Shown: positions 52,304 through 62,572 of the stretch, one piece after another
Layout: every line of letters starts with the position of its first letter
Numbering within the stretch: position 1 is the first letter of the stretch
Assembly (NCBI GenBank): GCA_034003325.1
Contig: JAVEYW010000005.1
Coordinates: 86,689-150,688, forward strand
Reading direction: 5' to 3'
Length of the DNA stretch: 64,000 nt
Source of the DNA: Desulfobacterales bacterium
Lineage (GTDB): Bacteria > Desulfobacterota > Desulfobacteria > Desulfobacterales > JAFDDL01
The notes under the pieces: model-generated
The model's database searches: none
Told to the model about the DNA's origin: nothing
The model's input: only the letters and a program-made list of their open reading frames with translations
Position numbers and translations under genes: made by a program

Positions 52304-53726
52304 AACGATAAATCGAACACTTAGTGGCTACGCCAGCAGCTTCCTGAAGCGTTTCGGCAAGGGTCGGATGCCCGTGAACGGTACGGGCGATGTCTTCGAG
52401 GCTGGCGCCGAATTCCATGGCCAACACGCACTCGGCAATCATATCCGAAGCCCTCGGGCCGAGAATGTGGGCGCCGATCAACCGGTCCGTCTTTGAATGG
52501 GCGATGAGTTTCACAAACCCGTCGGTTTCACCCATGCACCGGGCCCGGCCGCTGCCGGAAAAGGGGAAGGTGCCGATACAATGAGGAATTTTCCGGGCTT
52601 TGACCGCCTCTTCGGTGAGACCGACTGAGGCCACTTCCGGCCACGTGTATATAATGGAGGGGATGGTGTCATAATTCACCTCACCGGGCAGCCCCGTCAT
52701 GATGTCCGCAACCGCGGTCCCTTCGGCGCTCGCCTTGTGCGCCAGCATGGGGCCGGCGATCACATCCCCGATGGCGTACACGGAGGAAATGTTGGTTTGA
52801 AATTTTTCGTTGACCGGAATTCGGCCGGTTTTGGCGTCGAAGGCCACGCCGATGTCCTCAAGCCCCAGGTCCCCGGTTAGGGGCATTCTTCCCACAGCGA
52901 CCAGAACATGATCCCCGCTCAGGGTGTCTTCTTTCGACCCGTCGCTCACGCTCACCTGAATGGACGATTTCAGAACTTTTGCGCCGCTTACCTTGGTCCC
53001 GGTCCGAAAAGTGATACCCTGCCGGGTCAAAATGCGCTGAAGCGTGCGGGCCACCTGGCCGTCCAGTGTGCCCGCGATTTGCGGCATCATTTCCACAATG
53101 GTGACCTCGGTGCCGAGGCGACGCCAGACCGCCCCCAGCTCAAGGCCGATATAGCCGCCGCCGACAATGATCAAATGCTTTGGAACCGATGGAAAGGACA
53201 GCGCATCCGTTGAGTTGACGATTCTGTTTTTATCAAAGGCGAGCCCGGGGACCGCGGAAGGGGCGCTGCCCGTGGCGATCAGAATCCGGTCGGTTTGCAG
53301 GGGGGTTATTTTTCCCTTTCCGCTTTTTCTCTGGTTGTCGCTGACTTCCACCCTGTCCTCGGAAACGACGCGGGCTGTGCCATGAATGATGTCGACCTGG
53401 TTGCCGGTAAGCAGATTGCGGATATTGTCGGTCAGGCCTTCGACCACGGTCCGCTTACGGGACATCATGACATTTAAATCAATGCCGAGTTTTCCGGTTT
53501 TTATCCCCATGTCCGGGAATTTATGTCGGGCAGCGTAATACTGTTCGCTGGCATCCAGCAGGGCTTTGCTTGGAATGCATCCCACGTTGAGGCAAACCCC
53601 GCCGAGTCTGGAGCGCTTTTCAATACAGGCTGTTTTCAGTCCCAGCCGGGCGGCTTTGGCTGCAGCGGTGTAACCGCCCGGGCCACTGCCGATAACCACC
53701 AGGTCATATCGTTCAGTTTTCGCCAT
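52302..53726 (-). CDS. lpdA: dihydrolipoyl dehydrogenase (E3)
   Basis: GSGPGGY, redox-active GGVCLNVGCIPSK, and C-terminal HAHPTL-type interface (VHGHPTLAE). Confidence 0.95.
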   Translation of the reverse strand: MAKTERYDLVVIGSGPGGYTAAAKAARLGLKTACIEKRSRLGGVCLNVGCIPSKALLDASEQYYAARHKFPDMGIKTGKLGIDLNVMMSRKRTVVEGLTDNIRNLLTGNQVDIIHGTARVVSEDRVEVSDNQRKSGKGKITPLQTDRILIATGSAPSAVPGLAFDKNRIVNSTDALSFPSVPKHLIIVGGGYIGLELGAVWRRLGTEVTIVEMMPQIAGTLDGQVARTLQRILTRQGITFRTGTKVSGAKVLKSSIQVSVSDGSKEDTLSGDHVLVAVGRMPLTGDLGLEDIGVAFDAKTGRIPVNEKFQTNISSVYAIGDVIAGPMLAHKASAEGTAVADIMTGLPGEVNYDTIPSIIYTWPEVASVGLTEEAVKARKIPHCIGTFPFSGSGRARCMGETDGFVKLIAHSKTDRLIGAHILGPRASDMIAECVLAMEFGASLEDIARTVHGHPTLAETLQEAAGVATKCSIYR

Positions 53727-53728
53727 GG

Positions 53729-54994
53729 TTATACCTCCAGCAATAGTCTTTCCGGTTCTTCGATATCCGATTTTATCCGCTTTAAAAAGCGGACCGCTCC
53801 CTGGCCGTCCACGATGCGGTGATCGTAGCTGAGCGCCACATACATCATGGGTCGAATGACGATTGAATCCTCAATTACCACGGGCCGCTTTTCGATCTTG
53901 TGCAGCCCGAGAATCCCGCTTTGCGGCAGGTTCAAAATCGGGGTGCTTAACAGGGAGCCGTATACCCCGCCGTTGGTGATGGTAAAGGTGCCGCCTTCCA
54001 GATCGGACAGCGCCAGTTGGTTGTTTTTAATCTTAGTGACCGATTCGATAATCTTTTTTTCGAGCTGGGCAAAGGAGAGTGTCTCGGCGTAAGGGATGAC
54101 CGGCACCACCAGGCCCCGCTCCGAGCCCACGGCAACGCCCATGTGAACATGGTGGTGATAGACGATATCCTCTCCGTCGATAAAGGCGTTTATTTCCGGA
54201 AAGGCCTTTAGGGCGGCCGAGCTCGCTTTGATAAAGAAGGACATGAACCCCAGGCGGACCCCGTGCTTGTCATTAAACTCATCTTTATACAGGGTGCGAA
54301 GCGCCATAACCCGGGACATATCGATTTCATTGAACGTGGTGAGCATCGCCGTGTTTTGTTTGGCCGCCACCAGCCGCTCTGCGATCCGCTTTCGTATTCG
54401 GCTCATGGGTTTTCGTGAGGTTTCCGCCAAAGGGGTTGCCGCGTGTTCGGGTAAGGTGCGTGAAGCCGCATCTCCTGGTCCGGCTGCCTGCTCTATATAT
54501 AGGATCACATCCCCCTTGGTGATGCGACCGGCCGGACCGGTCCCCTGCACTTTTGATATGTCGATTCTTTTTTCGGCAACCAGATGCCGCACGGCGGGCG
54601 ATAATAAGGGCGTATCCGCTGCCCGTGTTGTTTTTTCGGGCACTCCTGGTGCCTGAATCGGCTCGGCGGCTGGCGCAGCAGATGGGATTGCCGGCGTGGG
54701 TGATGCGGTTTCGGGTGGCTCTTTAGCCGCTTTTGGGGGAGGTTTTTCCGCCGGGGCGCCTTGTGTATCGATGGTGCAGGCGATGGTGCCGATGGCCACG
54801 GTTTCTCCCTCGGCTATTTTAATGGAAAGCACGCCCGCTGCAGTTGCAACCACTTCCAACGTGACCTTGTCGGTTTCGATGGCAAAGAGCGGGTCATCCT
54901 TTTCAATCTGTGCCCCGTTTTTTTTAAACCATTGGACCAGGGTCGCCTCCTGAACGGATTCTCCGACATGGGGGACTGGAATCTCAACTATCAT
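53729..54994 (-). CDS. sucB: 2-oxoglutarate dehydrogenase E2 (dihydrolipoyllysine-residue succinyltransferase)
   Basis: Lipoyl domain with ETDKV, an Ala/Pro linker, a peripheral-subunit-binding domain (SPAVRHLVAEK), and catalytic DHRIVDG. Confidence 0.9.
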   Translation of the reverse strand: MIVEIPVPHVGESVQEATLVQWFKKNGAQIEKDDPLFAIETDKVTLEVVATAAGVLSIKIAEGETVAIGTIACTIDTQGAPAEKPPPKAAKEPPETASPTPAIPSAAPAAEPIQAPGVPEKTTRAADTPLLSPAVRHLVAEKRIDISKVQGTGPAGRITKGDVILYIEQAAGPGDAASRTLPEHAATPLAETSRKPMSRIRKRIAERLVAAKQNTAMLTTFNEIDMSRVMALRTLYKDEFNDKHGVRLGFMSFFIKASSAALKAFPEINAFIDGEDIVYHHHVHMGVAVGSERGLVVPVIPYAETLSFAQLEKKIIESVTKIKNNQLALSDLEGGTFTITNGGVYGSLLSTPILNLPQSGILGLHKIEKRPVVIEDSIVIRPMMYVALSYDHRIVDGQGAVRFLKRIKSDIEEPERLLLEV

Positions 54995-55085
54995 GCGTGC
55001 TCCTTTAAAAGCGTGAAGAGTGGCGCGTTGAAAAGGGCGATTGACACACAGGGATCCCCCTTTTCGAATGCTCGGGGCGCAACTC

Positions 55086-57809
55086 TCAACGTCCCAAGTT
55101 GGTAACGGCTTTCAGAATTGCCGCCTGTTCCTTCCGGTATACGGGCGGCAGGCCCGTCGCCGGGCTGGGTGACGGCTTGCGGCCTATGTAGCCGACTTTG
55201 TCATTCACAATGGCTTGGAGTCTGTGACGAATAAAAAACCACGCGCCCATGTTCTCGGGCTCATCCTGCACCCAATGCCGGGAAACGGCGTTGGGGTATT
55301 TGGCCAGAATCTTTTTCAGTTCGGCTTCGGGAAACGGATATAACTGTTCGATTCGAATAATGTCGAGGTTATGGTGTGCTGATTTCTCGCGTTCCGCCAG
55401 CAGTTCATAGAAAATTTTGCCGCTGCAAAACAGAAGGTGCGTGGCATCGGCTGAAGGCTTCGGATCATCCAGCACCGCTTGAAACCCGCTGTTGCTCATG
55501 TCGGAAAACGAAGAGACCACTTTGGGATGGCGCATCAGGCTTTTGGGGGTCAGCACCACCAGGGGTTTTCTGAAGCTCGCCTTGGCCTGTCTGCGCAGCA
55601 GATGAAAGTATTGGGCTGGTGTCGTCGGCTGGCAGACCAGAAGGTTCTCGTCCGCGCAAAGTTGCAAAAACCGCTCTGGTCTGGCGCTGGAATGCTCGGG
55701 CCCCATGCCTTCCATTCCGTGGGGAAGCAACAGCACCAGGCCGCACAATCGCTGCCACTTTGATTCGCCGCTGGCGATATAAAGATCAACGATAGATTGG
55801 GCGTTATTAATGAAGTCTCCGAACTGCGCTTCCCAGAGGGTGAGGCATTCCGGTCTGGCCAACGCGTATCCGTACTCGAAGCCGAGTACGCCGGCTTCAG
55901 AGAGCAGGCTGTTAAAGCATGAAAAAGGGGCCTGCGTGTCGGACAGGTGGTTTAGCGGCACGAACTGATTGCCTGAATGAATATCCGTCAGATAGCTATG
56001 CCGCTGACTGAAAGTCCCCCGTCGGCAGTCCTGACCGCTGAGCCGAATGGGAACGCCGTCAGTCAGCAGGGAGGCGAACGCGAGCGTTTCGGCAAAGGCC
56101 CAATCCACGCCGTCTTTGGCCGCAAGAATATCCTTGCGGCGATCCATCACCCGTTGCAGCTTCGGGTGAACGGCAAAGTCCGGGGGAACCGCATTGACTT
56201 TTTCGGAAAGCAAAACGAGTTGCTTCATCTTTACGCCGGTGGGAATCGGCCCATGTGAAAAACGTCCGTGGTAGGTGTCCCAGTTTTCAAAAAACAGGGC
56301 CGGTGGCAGCTGGCAAGTTGCTTTTTTAGCACTTTGGTGACCCAGATCCAGGCATTGCGCGATTCCGGAGGTGACGGCATCGATTTCTTCCCGCCGAATG
56401 ATCCCGTCCTGAAGCAGTTGCGCTTCGTAAATCCGGGCCAGAGGGGAGCGATCCTTGATGCGATCATACATGCCCGGCTGGGTAAAATAGGGCTCATCTC
56501 CTTCATTGTGACCGTATCGTCGAAAGCAAACAATGTCCACCACGACGTCCTTTGCAAAGCGCATGCGGTAATCACAGGCAATTCTGATGACGTGCAGCGC
56601 CGCTTCGGGATTTTCGCCGTGGACATGGAAAATGGGCACCATGAGCATTTTGGCCACATCCGTCGAATATCGCGTGGAGCGCGCATCCTCGGGCAATGTG
56701 GTATAGCCGATCTGGTTATTGATGACGATGTGAAGGGTGCCGCCGGTCCGATACCCCTCTAGTTGGGACATGTTCAGGACTTCGGCTACAACACCTTGAC
56801 CGGCAAAGGCGGCATCCCCATGCAGCAACAGGGGAATGACCCGATGCTCGGAGGCATCGTCGGTCCGCATTTCCTGGCGCGCACGGGCGCACCCTTGCAC
56901 CACCGGGTCGACCGTTTCGAGATGGCTCGGGTTGCTAATGAGCGCCACCCGCAAATTTTTTCCGGCGGATGTGACGATGTCGGCGATATACCCCTTGTGG
57001 TACTTTACATCGCCGGTGCCCACCGCGTCTGCGGGGTTATAGGTGCCCTCGAACTCGCAGAAGATATCCTCATAGGACTTATGCAGCACATTGGCTTGCA
57101 CGTTGAGCCGTCCCCGATGGGCCATGCCCAGAATAACTTCTTTGCAACCGTTTTCTGCTGCAAGGGACAGTAGAAAATCAAGAACCGGTATTACCACATC
57201 GGCGCCTTCCAGGGAAAACCGCGTTTGTCCCGGATATTGTTTATTTAAAAAGGCTTCAAATTCATTACAGTGGTGAAGCTTTTCCAGAATACGTCGTTTT
57301 TCGGCCGCACTGAAATTAGGCCGATTTCGCATCGGCTCCATTTGCGATTGCAGCCATTGGCGTTCGCCTGGATCCTGCAGGTGCATATATTCCACGCCGA
57401 TGGACCGGCAATAGGTTTCCTTAAGCGCTTTGATGATATCGCGCAACGCAGCTTGCCTTTTTCCCGGAAACAGGTTTGTATAAAAGGATCGCTCCAGGTC
57501 ATCCGCTGAAAGCCCAAAGGCATCAGGGGATAGCAATGGATGATCGGTGGGGCAGGCAACCAAAGGGTCCAGGCAGGAGAGCAGATGTCCGAGGTCCCGG
57601 TAGCGGTAGGTCAGTGCCTCCACTCGCGTTTGTCGAAGTGATTGGTCTTCGGTACAATCCCCTTCTTCCGAAGCGGGCGGGGCGTCGCATGATAAGTCAA
57701 ATCCCGTAAAAAAAATTTGCCAATCCCGGGGCAGGGCTTCGGGGGTTTTTTTCCATAGTTGATATTGCTTATCAATGAACTCGAGGTTCCAGGTTTCAAA
57801 TCCGTGCAT
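55086..57809 (-). CDS. sucA: 2-oxoglutarate dehydrogenase E1 component
   Basis: 907 aa. SucA-type N-terminus (…IDKQYQLWKKTPEALPRDWQIFF…). ThDP-binding blocks (HGDAAFAGQGVV, …LLLPHGMEGMGPEHSSARPERFLQ). Confidence 0.9.
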   Translation of the reverse strand: MHGFETWNLEFIDKQYQLWKKTPEALPRDWQIFFTGFDLSCDAPPASEEGDCTEDQSLRQTRVEALTYRYRDLGHLLSCLDPLVACPTDHPLLSPDAFGLSADDLERSFYTNLFPGKRQAALRDIIKALKETYCRSIGVEYMHLQDPGERQWLQSQMEPMRNRPNFSAAEKRRILEKLHHCNEFEAFLNKQYPGQTRFSLEGADVVIPVLDFLLSLAAENGCKEVILGMAHRGRLNVQANVLHKSYEDIFCEFEGTYNPADAVGTGDVKYHKGYIADIVTSAGKNLRVALISNPSHLETVDPVVQGCARARQEMRTDDASEHRVIPLLLHGDAAFAGQGVVAEVLNMSQLEGYRTGGTLHIVINNQIGYTTLPEDARSTRYSTDVAKMLMVPIFHVHGENPEAALHVIRIACDYRMRFAKDVVVDIVCFRRYGHNEGDEPYFTQPGMYDRIKDRSPLARIYEAQLLQDGIIRREEIDAVTSGIAQCLDLGHQSAKKATCQLPPALFFENWDTYHGRFSHGPIPTGVKMKQLVLLSEKVNAVPPDFAVHPKLQRVMDRRKDILAAKDGVDWAFAETLAFASLLTDGVPIRLSGQDCRRGTFSQRHSYLTDIHSGNQFVPLNHLSDTQAPFSCFNSLLSEAGVLGFEYGYALARPECLTLWEAQFGDFINNAQSIVDLYIASGESKWQRLCGLVLLLPHGMEGMGPEHSSARPERFLQLCADENLLVCQPTTPAQYFHLLRRQAKASFRKPLVVLTPKSLMRHPKVVSSFSDMSNSGFQAVLDDPKPSADATHLLFCSGKIFYELLAEREKSAHHNLDIIRIEQLYPFPEAELKKILAKYPNAVSRHWVQDEPENMGAWFFIRHRLQAIVNDKVGYIGRKPSPSPATGLPPVYRKEQAAILKAVTNLGR

Positions 57810-58278
57810 TGCGGTGCGCCTTTATGAGACTAAGATCTTATCCGGCTATGCCGGAAGTTAAGCGTGTTGAGTTGAAAAATACCGATTGAGATGCTGTCAC
57901 ATGAGTATTTAGGTTAACGGAACGATAATGAATCTGTCAATAGAGTTGATGGCGCTTTTGCAGGGCAATGATAAATCTCTTCGCAGGTCGCAATACCGTG
58001 GAGGGTAACCACTTGCGGCAACGCTAAATCGGATTCTTTCCGCAAAAAAGATCGCGTGCTACGATTTCGCAAATTAGAGAGACGATCTGGGAGCCGCGTC
58101 TTTCAGCTTTTATCGCTTTATTTTGTAATGCAAACGATACGTTGGCATCTTTCGATGTAAAAACGACTTGATATCCGCGCCACGATGATTCTAAATTGTA
58201 AGTATGCTGGAGGAAATTATTATCCCTTTTCACGTCCGGCTGATGATAACCGATTAAATAAAATGGAGGAATTTCAAA

Positions 58279-58467
58279 ATGACAACCCCGCAACATTGTC
58301 CCGGTTTTGAAAATTTCAGGCGATTGGCGTCCTTTTCATGCAAATGCCCGCAGTGCAATGAAGAGATCGAAATATTTTCGGATGAATTCGATAAGGAGCG
58401 GTATTGTCCGAAATGTAAGAACAAAATCGATTTTACACAGTGTACGCTTACCGGTTCCGGCGGATGA
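58279..58467 (+). CDS. small Cys-rich zinc-ribbon protein (62 aa), function unknown
   Basis: CKCPQC…(16 aa)…CPKC pairs plus additional Cys. GGAGG RBS about 10 nt upstream. Confidence 0.55.
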   Translation: MTTPQHCPGFENFRRLASFSCKCPQCNEEIEIFSDEFDKERYCPKCKNKIDFTQCTLTGSGG

Positions 58468-58591
58468 TGGTTCTGATGCCAGAGTTGGATCAAATAGAGC
58501 TTTTTTAAATGTCGTGAGAAAGAATCCACAGTCGTCTTTTCAAGATTCCTGCCTTGATGGAATCGGGGAAAAGCCTCAAAAGGAGTAATCT

Positions 58592-58954
58592 ATGGAAATG
58601 CAGATTTCTTTTTCCAAGCAAGAAAACGAGGCCCTTCCGCTCTTCAGACAAAGACTCAGCAGTGCCGAGTCGATCGAGGATGTAAAGAAGTTTTTTGTCT
58701 ATACCAGCAAAGAGATTCTCGAAGATATTTTTTCAAATCAACTGGAGGTTAATTATGAGGATGTGGCACTCATGACGGAAGAAGCGCCTTACTACAAAAT
58801 CAGCGCGGGCCTGAATGCCTCGGAAACCTTTAAATCGGTCTGGAACAACTCGGACCTGCAACATGTGGTGTCCCGATTTGCCAAAACCGCTATGAAGCGC
58901 TGCAAGCATCTGGACAAGCACCCGGAAAAGACCGAATCCAAGATCAGAATGTAA
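58592..58954 (+). CDS. hypothetical protein (120 aa)
   Basis: AAGGAG RBS 6 nt upstream. I recognise no motif. Confidence 0.55.
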   Translation: MEMQISFSKQENEALPLFRQRLSSAESIEDVKKFFVYTSKEILEDIFSNQLEVNYEDVALMTEEAPYYKISAGLNASETFKSVWNNSDLQHVVSRFAKTAMKRCKHLDKHPEKTESKIRM

Positions 58955-59094
58955 CCTGTCCGGCGGGCGATAGGCAACGGTCGGCCGTCGGCGGTGGTTA
59001 AACGGTATCGGTTGCGGATGCCGGTTCTTGAGCCTCTTCGATGATAGAGGCATCCCTTAGCGGTCAACGTCGGTTTTAGACCAAATGAATGGAG

Positions 59095-59132
59095 ACAGGG
59101 CGCCTTTTATCCTATGGAGATGGGCGCCCTGT
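59095..59132 (+). terminator. stem-loop (10-bp perfect stem) between the 58592 gene and ppdK; terminator or leader structure
   Basis: ACAGGGCGCC…(18-nt loop)…GGCGCCCTGT followed by TTCATTCT. Confidence 0.35.
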
Positions 59133-59197
59133 TTCATTCTGGCGGCTTGATTGCCCGATCTGTCGCCTTAACACCATTTTCACGGAGGCACCAGAAG

Positions 59198-61933
59198 ATG
59201 TCGACAAAATGGGTCTATTTATTTGATGAATTAAGTGAGGCCGAAAAAATAGTGGGGAAAAAGCTGGAGGATCTGCGCGGATTGTTGGGGGGGAAAGGCG
59301 CGAATCTGGCGGAGATGACGCGGCTCGGCATTCCGGTGCCACCCGGTTTTATCGTCACCACCCACGCCTGCAATGCGTATCTCGATGGTGGGTATCAATT
59401 TCCCTCGGGTATGTGGGAACAGGAAAAAAATGCCTTGAAAATACTGGAAACCCGCACCGGCAAAACCTTCGGCGATGCCACCAATCCGTTACTGGTGTCA
59501 TGCCGTTCCGGCGCTAAATTTTCAATGCCCGGCATGATGGATACGGTGTTGAACATCGGGTTAAACGATGAAATCGCCGTCGGCATGGCCGCCTTGATCG
59601 GGGATGAGCGATTTGTCTTTGATAACTATCGCCGGTTGGTGCAGATGTTTGGCAATGTGGTCATGAACCTGCCGGATGAGTTGTTCGAGGACAAAATCGC
59701 CGAAGCCAGATTTGCCGCTGGGGTGGCGACGGATGCCGAATTGAGCGCAGAAGCGTTGAAAGGCCTGACCCTTGAATTTAAACTGATTTACCGGCTTCAC
59801 ACCAATCACGACTTTCCGGAGGACCCCTATGAGCAACTGAGAATGGCGACCGAATCGGTTTTTAAAAGCTGGAACGGAAAACGTGCGGTGGATTACCGGA
59901 ATGCCACCGGGATTTCCCATAATCTGGGCACTGCGGTCAGTATCGTGGCCATGGTTTTTGGAAATATGGGAGAAAACAGCGCTACGGGCGTGGCCATGAC
60001 CCGGAACAGTTCCACCGGCGAGAAACGAATCGAGGGGGATTACCTGCTGAATGCGCAGGGAGAGGACGTGGTGGCTGGCATTCGGCTGACTCAGGATATC
60101 GGTTCCTTAAAAGACAAGATGCCTGAAGTTTGGGGTCAGTTTGAAACGTTGGCCGGCAAGTTGGAAAATTTTTTCCGTGATATGCAGGATATGGAGTTTA
60201 CCATTGAAAAAGGGAAACTCTGGATGCTGCAAACCCGCAATGGTAAGCGCAGCGCCAAGGCGGCTGTTCGGATCGCGGTGGCAATGGCGGAAGAAGGCTT
60301 GATTTCGAGGGAAGAAGCCGTGTTGCGCATTACGCCCGATCAGGTCGATTTTTTTATGCACCCGCAATTTAAGCCGGAAGCCAAAAAGGAAGCCCGGGTG
60401 CACAACCTGTTATTGGCCACCGGGCTGAACGTGAGCCCGGGGGCTGCGGTCGGCATGGTGGCCTTTGATGCGAACCTGGCGGAATCCTGGGCGCTAAAAG
60501 ACAAAAAACCGGTTATCATGGTGCGCCCCGAAACCAAGCCCGATGATGTTCACGGCATGATTGCCGCGCAAGGCATTTTGACCGCGCGAGGCGGCAGGAC
60601 GAGCCACGCGGCGCTGGTGGCCCGGCAATTTGGAAAACCGGCGGTTGTCGGCGTTTCAGCCCTTGAGATCGATATGGTCAAGCGTCGAATGCAGGTAAAA
60701 GACCGAGTGATTAAGGAAGGGGACTGGATATCCATAGACGGCACGGATGGAGCGGTCTATGAGGGGCAACTGGAAGCAAGTATCACGGATATCGAAGATC
60801 CCTGGATGATTAAGCTGCTGTCTTGGGCCGATGAATTCCGGCGGCTTCAGGTGTGGACCAATGCCGATTATCCGGCGGATGCTGAACGCGCAAGGAAATA
60901 CGGCGCCGAAGGCATCGGGCTTTGCCGGACCGAGCACATGTTTTTTGAAGCCCAGAGACTGCCGTATTTAAACCGTATGATTATGGCGGATTTGCCGACA
61001 GAACGTCAGGAGGCACTGGATGCCTTGCTGCCTTTTCAGCGGGAAGATTTTGCCGGCCTGTTCCGCGCCATGAACGGCCGCCCGGTGGTGACCCGGCTGA
61101 TAGACCCGCCGCTGCATGAGTTTTTGCCCGATCATCTGGAATTACTTCGGGATTTAACGGATTTGAAGATCAAAATCAAGCATGCCGGCACCTTGGCGGA
61201 AGTGGACGGCCTGCTCAAGCAGATACGGGAAAAAAATGACATTCTGGCCCGGGTGGAGAGTTTGAGAGAAAATAACCCCATGCTCGGCACACGCGGTGTC
61301 CGGTTGGGGATTCAAATTCCGGAGCTGACGACCATGCAGGTCAGGGCCATCTTCGAGGCGGCCTGTGAAGTTACCAAAGAGGGGGGAGAGGTGTATCCGG
61401 AGGTAATGATTCCGCTGACCTGCCACGTCAATGAACTCAAGGTTCAACAGGCGCTTCTGGAGGTGGAGGCCCGAAAAGTGATGCAAGAGCAGGGGCTTGA
61501 GATTAACTACAAATTCGGCACGATGATCGAGATTCCGCGCGCGGCGCTCACCGCGGATCGAATCGCCGAATACGCATCCTTTTTTTCCTTCGGCACCAAT
61601 GATTTAACACAGACGACCTTCGGCATTTCCCGGGATGACGCTGAAAGCGGATTTCTTATTAAATACATTTCCGACGGTATCTTGGAAGAAAATCCCTTTG
61701 CCGTCATCGACGAAGACGGCGTGGGCCAGTTGATGGACATGGCCGTGAAAAAAGGCAGATCCGTTAATCCGGATCTTGAGTGCGGCATTTGCGGTGAACA
61801 CGGCGGAGACCCCGATTCGATCGCGTTCTGTCACCGGATCGGGTTGACTTATGTATCCTGCTCGCCCTTCCGTGTTCCCATTGCGCGGCTGGCCGCTGCC
61901 CATGCCGCGTTACGCGAGCAAACTCCTGAATGA
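59198..61933 (+). CDS. ppdK: pyruvate, phosphate dikinase
   Basis: LGGKGANLAEM, phosphohistidine loop GGRTSHAALVARQFGKP, and PEP-utilising C-terminal domain (…GLCRTEHMFF…, FFSFGTNDLTQ). ATG at 59198 with a GGAGG-like RBS. Confidence 0.95.
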   Translation: MSTKWVYLFDELSEAEKIVGKKLEDLRGLLGGKGANLAEMTRLGIPVPPGFIVTTHACNAYLDGGYQFPSGMWEQEKNALKILETRTGKTFGDATNPLLVSCRSGAKFSMPGMMDTVLNIGLNDEIAVGMAALIGDERFVFDNYRRLVQMFGNVVMNLPDELFEDKIAEARFAAGVATDAELSAEALKGLTLEFKLIYRLHTNHDFPEDPYEQLRMATESVFKSWNGKRAVDYRNATGISHNLGTAVSIVAMVFGNMGENSATGVAMTRNSSTGEKRIEGDYLLNAQGEDVVAGIRLTQDIGSLKDKMPEVWGQFETLAGKLENFFRDMQDMEFTIEKGKLWMLQTRNGKRSAKAAVRIAVAMAEEGLISREEAVLRITPDQVDFFMHPQFKPEAKKEARVHNLLLATGLNVSPGAAVGMVAFDANLAESWALKDKKPVIMVRPETKPDDVHGMIAAQGILTARGGRTSHAALVARQFGKPAVVGVSALEIDMVKRRMQVKDRVIKEGDWISIDGTDGAVYEGQLEASITDIEDPWMIKLLSWADEFRRLQVWTNADYPADAERARKYGAEGIGLCRTEHMFFEAQRLPYLNRMIMADLPTERQEALDALLPFQREDFAGLFRAMNGRPVVTRLIDPPLHEFLPDHLELLRDLTDLKIKIKHAGTLAEVDGLLKQIREKNDILARVESLRENNPMLGTRGVRLGIQIPELTTMQVRAIFEAACEVTKEGGEVYPEVMIPLTCHVNELKVQQALLEVEARKVMQEQGLEINYKFGTMIEIPRAALTADRIAEYASFFSFGTNDLTQTTFGISRDDAESGFLIKYISDGILEENPFAVIDEDGVGQLMDMAVKKGRSVNPDLECGICGEHGGDPDSIAFCHRIGLTYVSCSPFRVPIARLAAAHAALREQTPE

Positions 61934-62461
61934 TCAAAAGTAGGGATAATACGGCCAATAATGGTATCGATACGGAAAAGGGTAGAAAAAGGGGGGTGGT
62001 GTCTGCGTTTCCCTGCTCCGTTTCTCCCAGAGATGAATCTCTTTAATGATAAGATAGGGGTAATGATAATCGATTTCATCGAGTCGCTGGACCCGACGGC
62101 CCGTAATCGTACCGGCCAATGTAACCTCTCTGCCTTTTGTATATAAGGCGGCATCCAGGTATCCGTTGTAAAGCGCTAAAAAGCGGCCGCCGGACTCATC
62201 GCCGGTAACGGGCGCCTTGCCATAGGTCAACGGCTTTTGCAATATTTCAAGAAGGGTTCCCTCTTTGAGGTTTTTCGTCGTAATGATGACCCCGCCCCAG
62301 AGCACGGATTTGTTTTGATAGGCTTCCGGGTCTTGAAAAACGGAATCAAAGCGGATCGTCGAATCGACCTGTTGAAGAACTCCCTTTGAAATGACCGGTG
62401 CGCACCCGGCAATCATGATGATTCCCATGAGCGTCATGAGTAAGTTAACCATTGTTTTCAT
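61934..62461 (-). CDS. slp: Slp-family outer-membrane lipoprotein with an aromatic/Pro-rich C-terminal tail
   Basis: Lipobox MIAGC. The …YQNKSVLWGGVIITTKNLKEGTLLEILQKPL… block is typical of Slp. Tail PPPFFYPFPYRYHYWPYYPYF. Confidence 0.75.
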   Translation of the reverse strand: MKTMVNLLMTLMGIIMIAGCAPVISKGVLQQVDSTIRFDSVFQDPEAYQNKSVLWGGVIITTKNLKEGTLLEILQKPLTYGKAPVTGDESGGRFLALYNGYLDAALYTKGREVTLAGTITGRRVQRLDEIDYHYPYLIIKEIHLWEKRSRETQTPPPFFYPFPYRYHYWPYYPYF

Positions 62462-62572
62462 ATTGGGGCTCCGTTTAATCGGGATAGTTGTTTCAGTGCC
62501 ATTACGTTAGGGACACCGAATTTTTTGATATACCGTTTATGTAATGTGCATTTTAGAATTACCGTCAGCATT

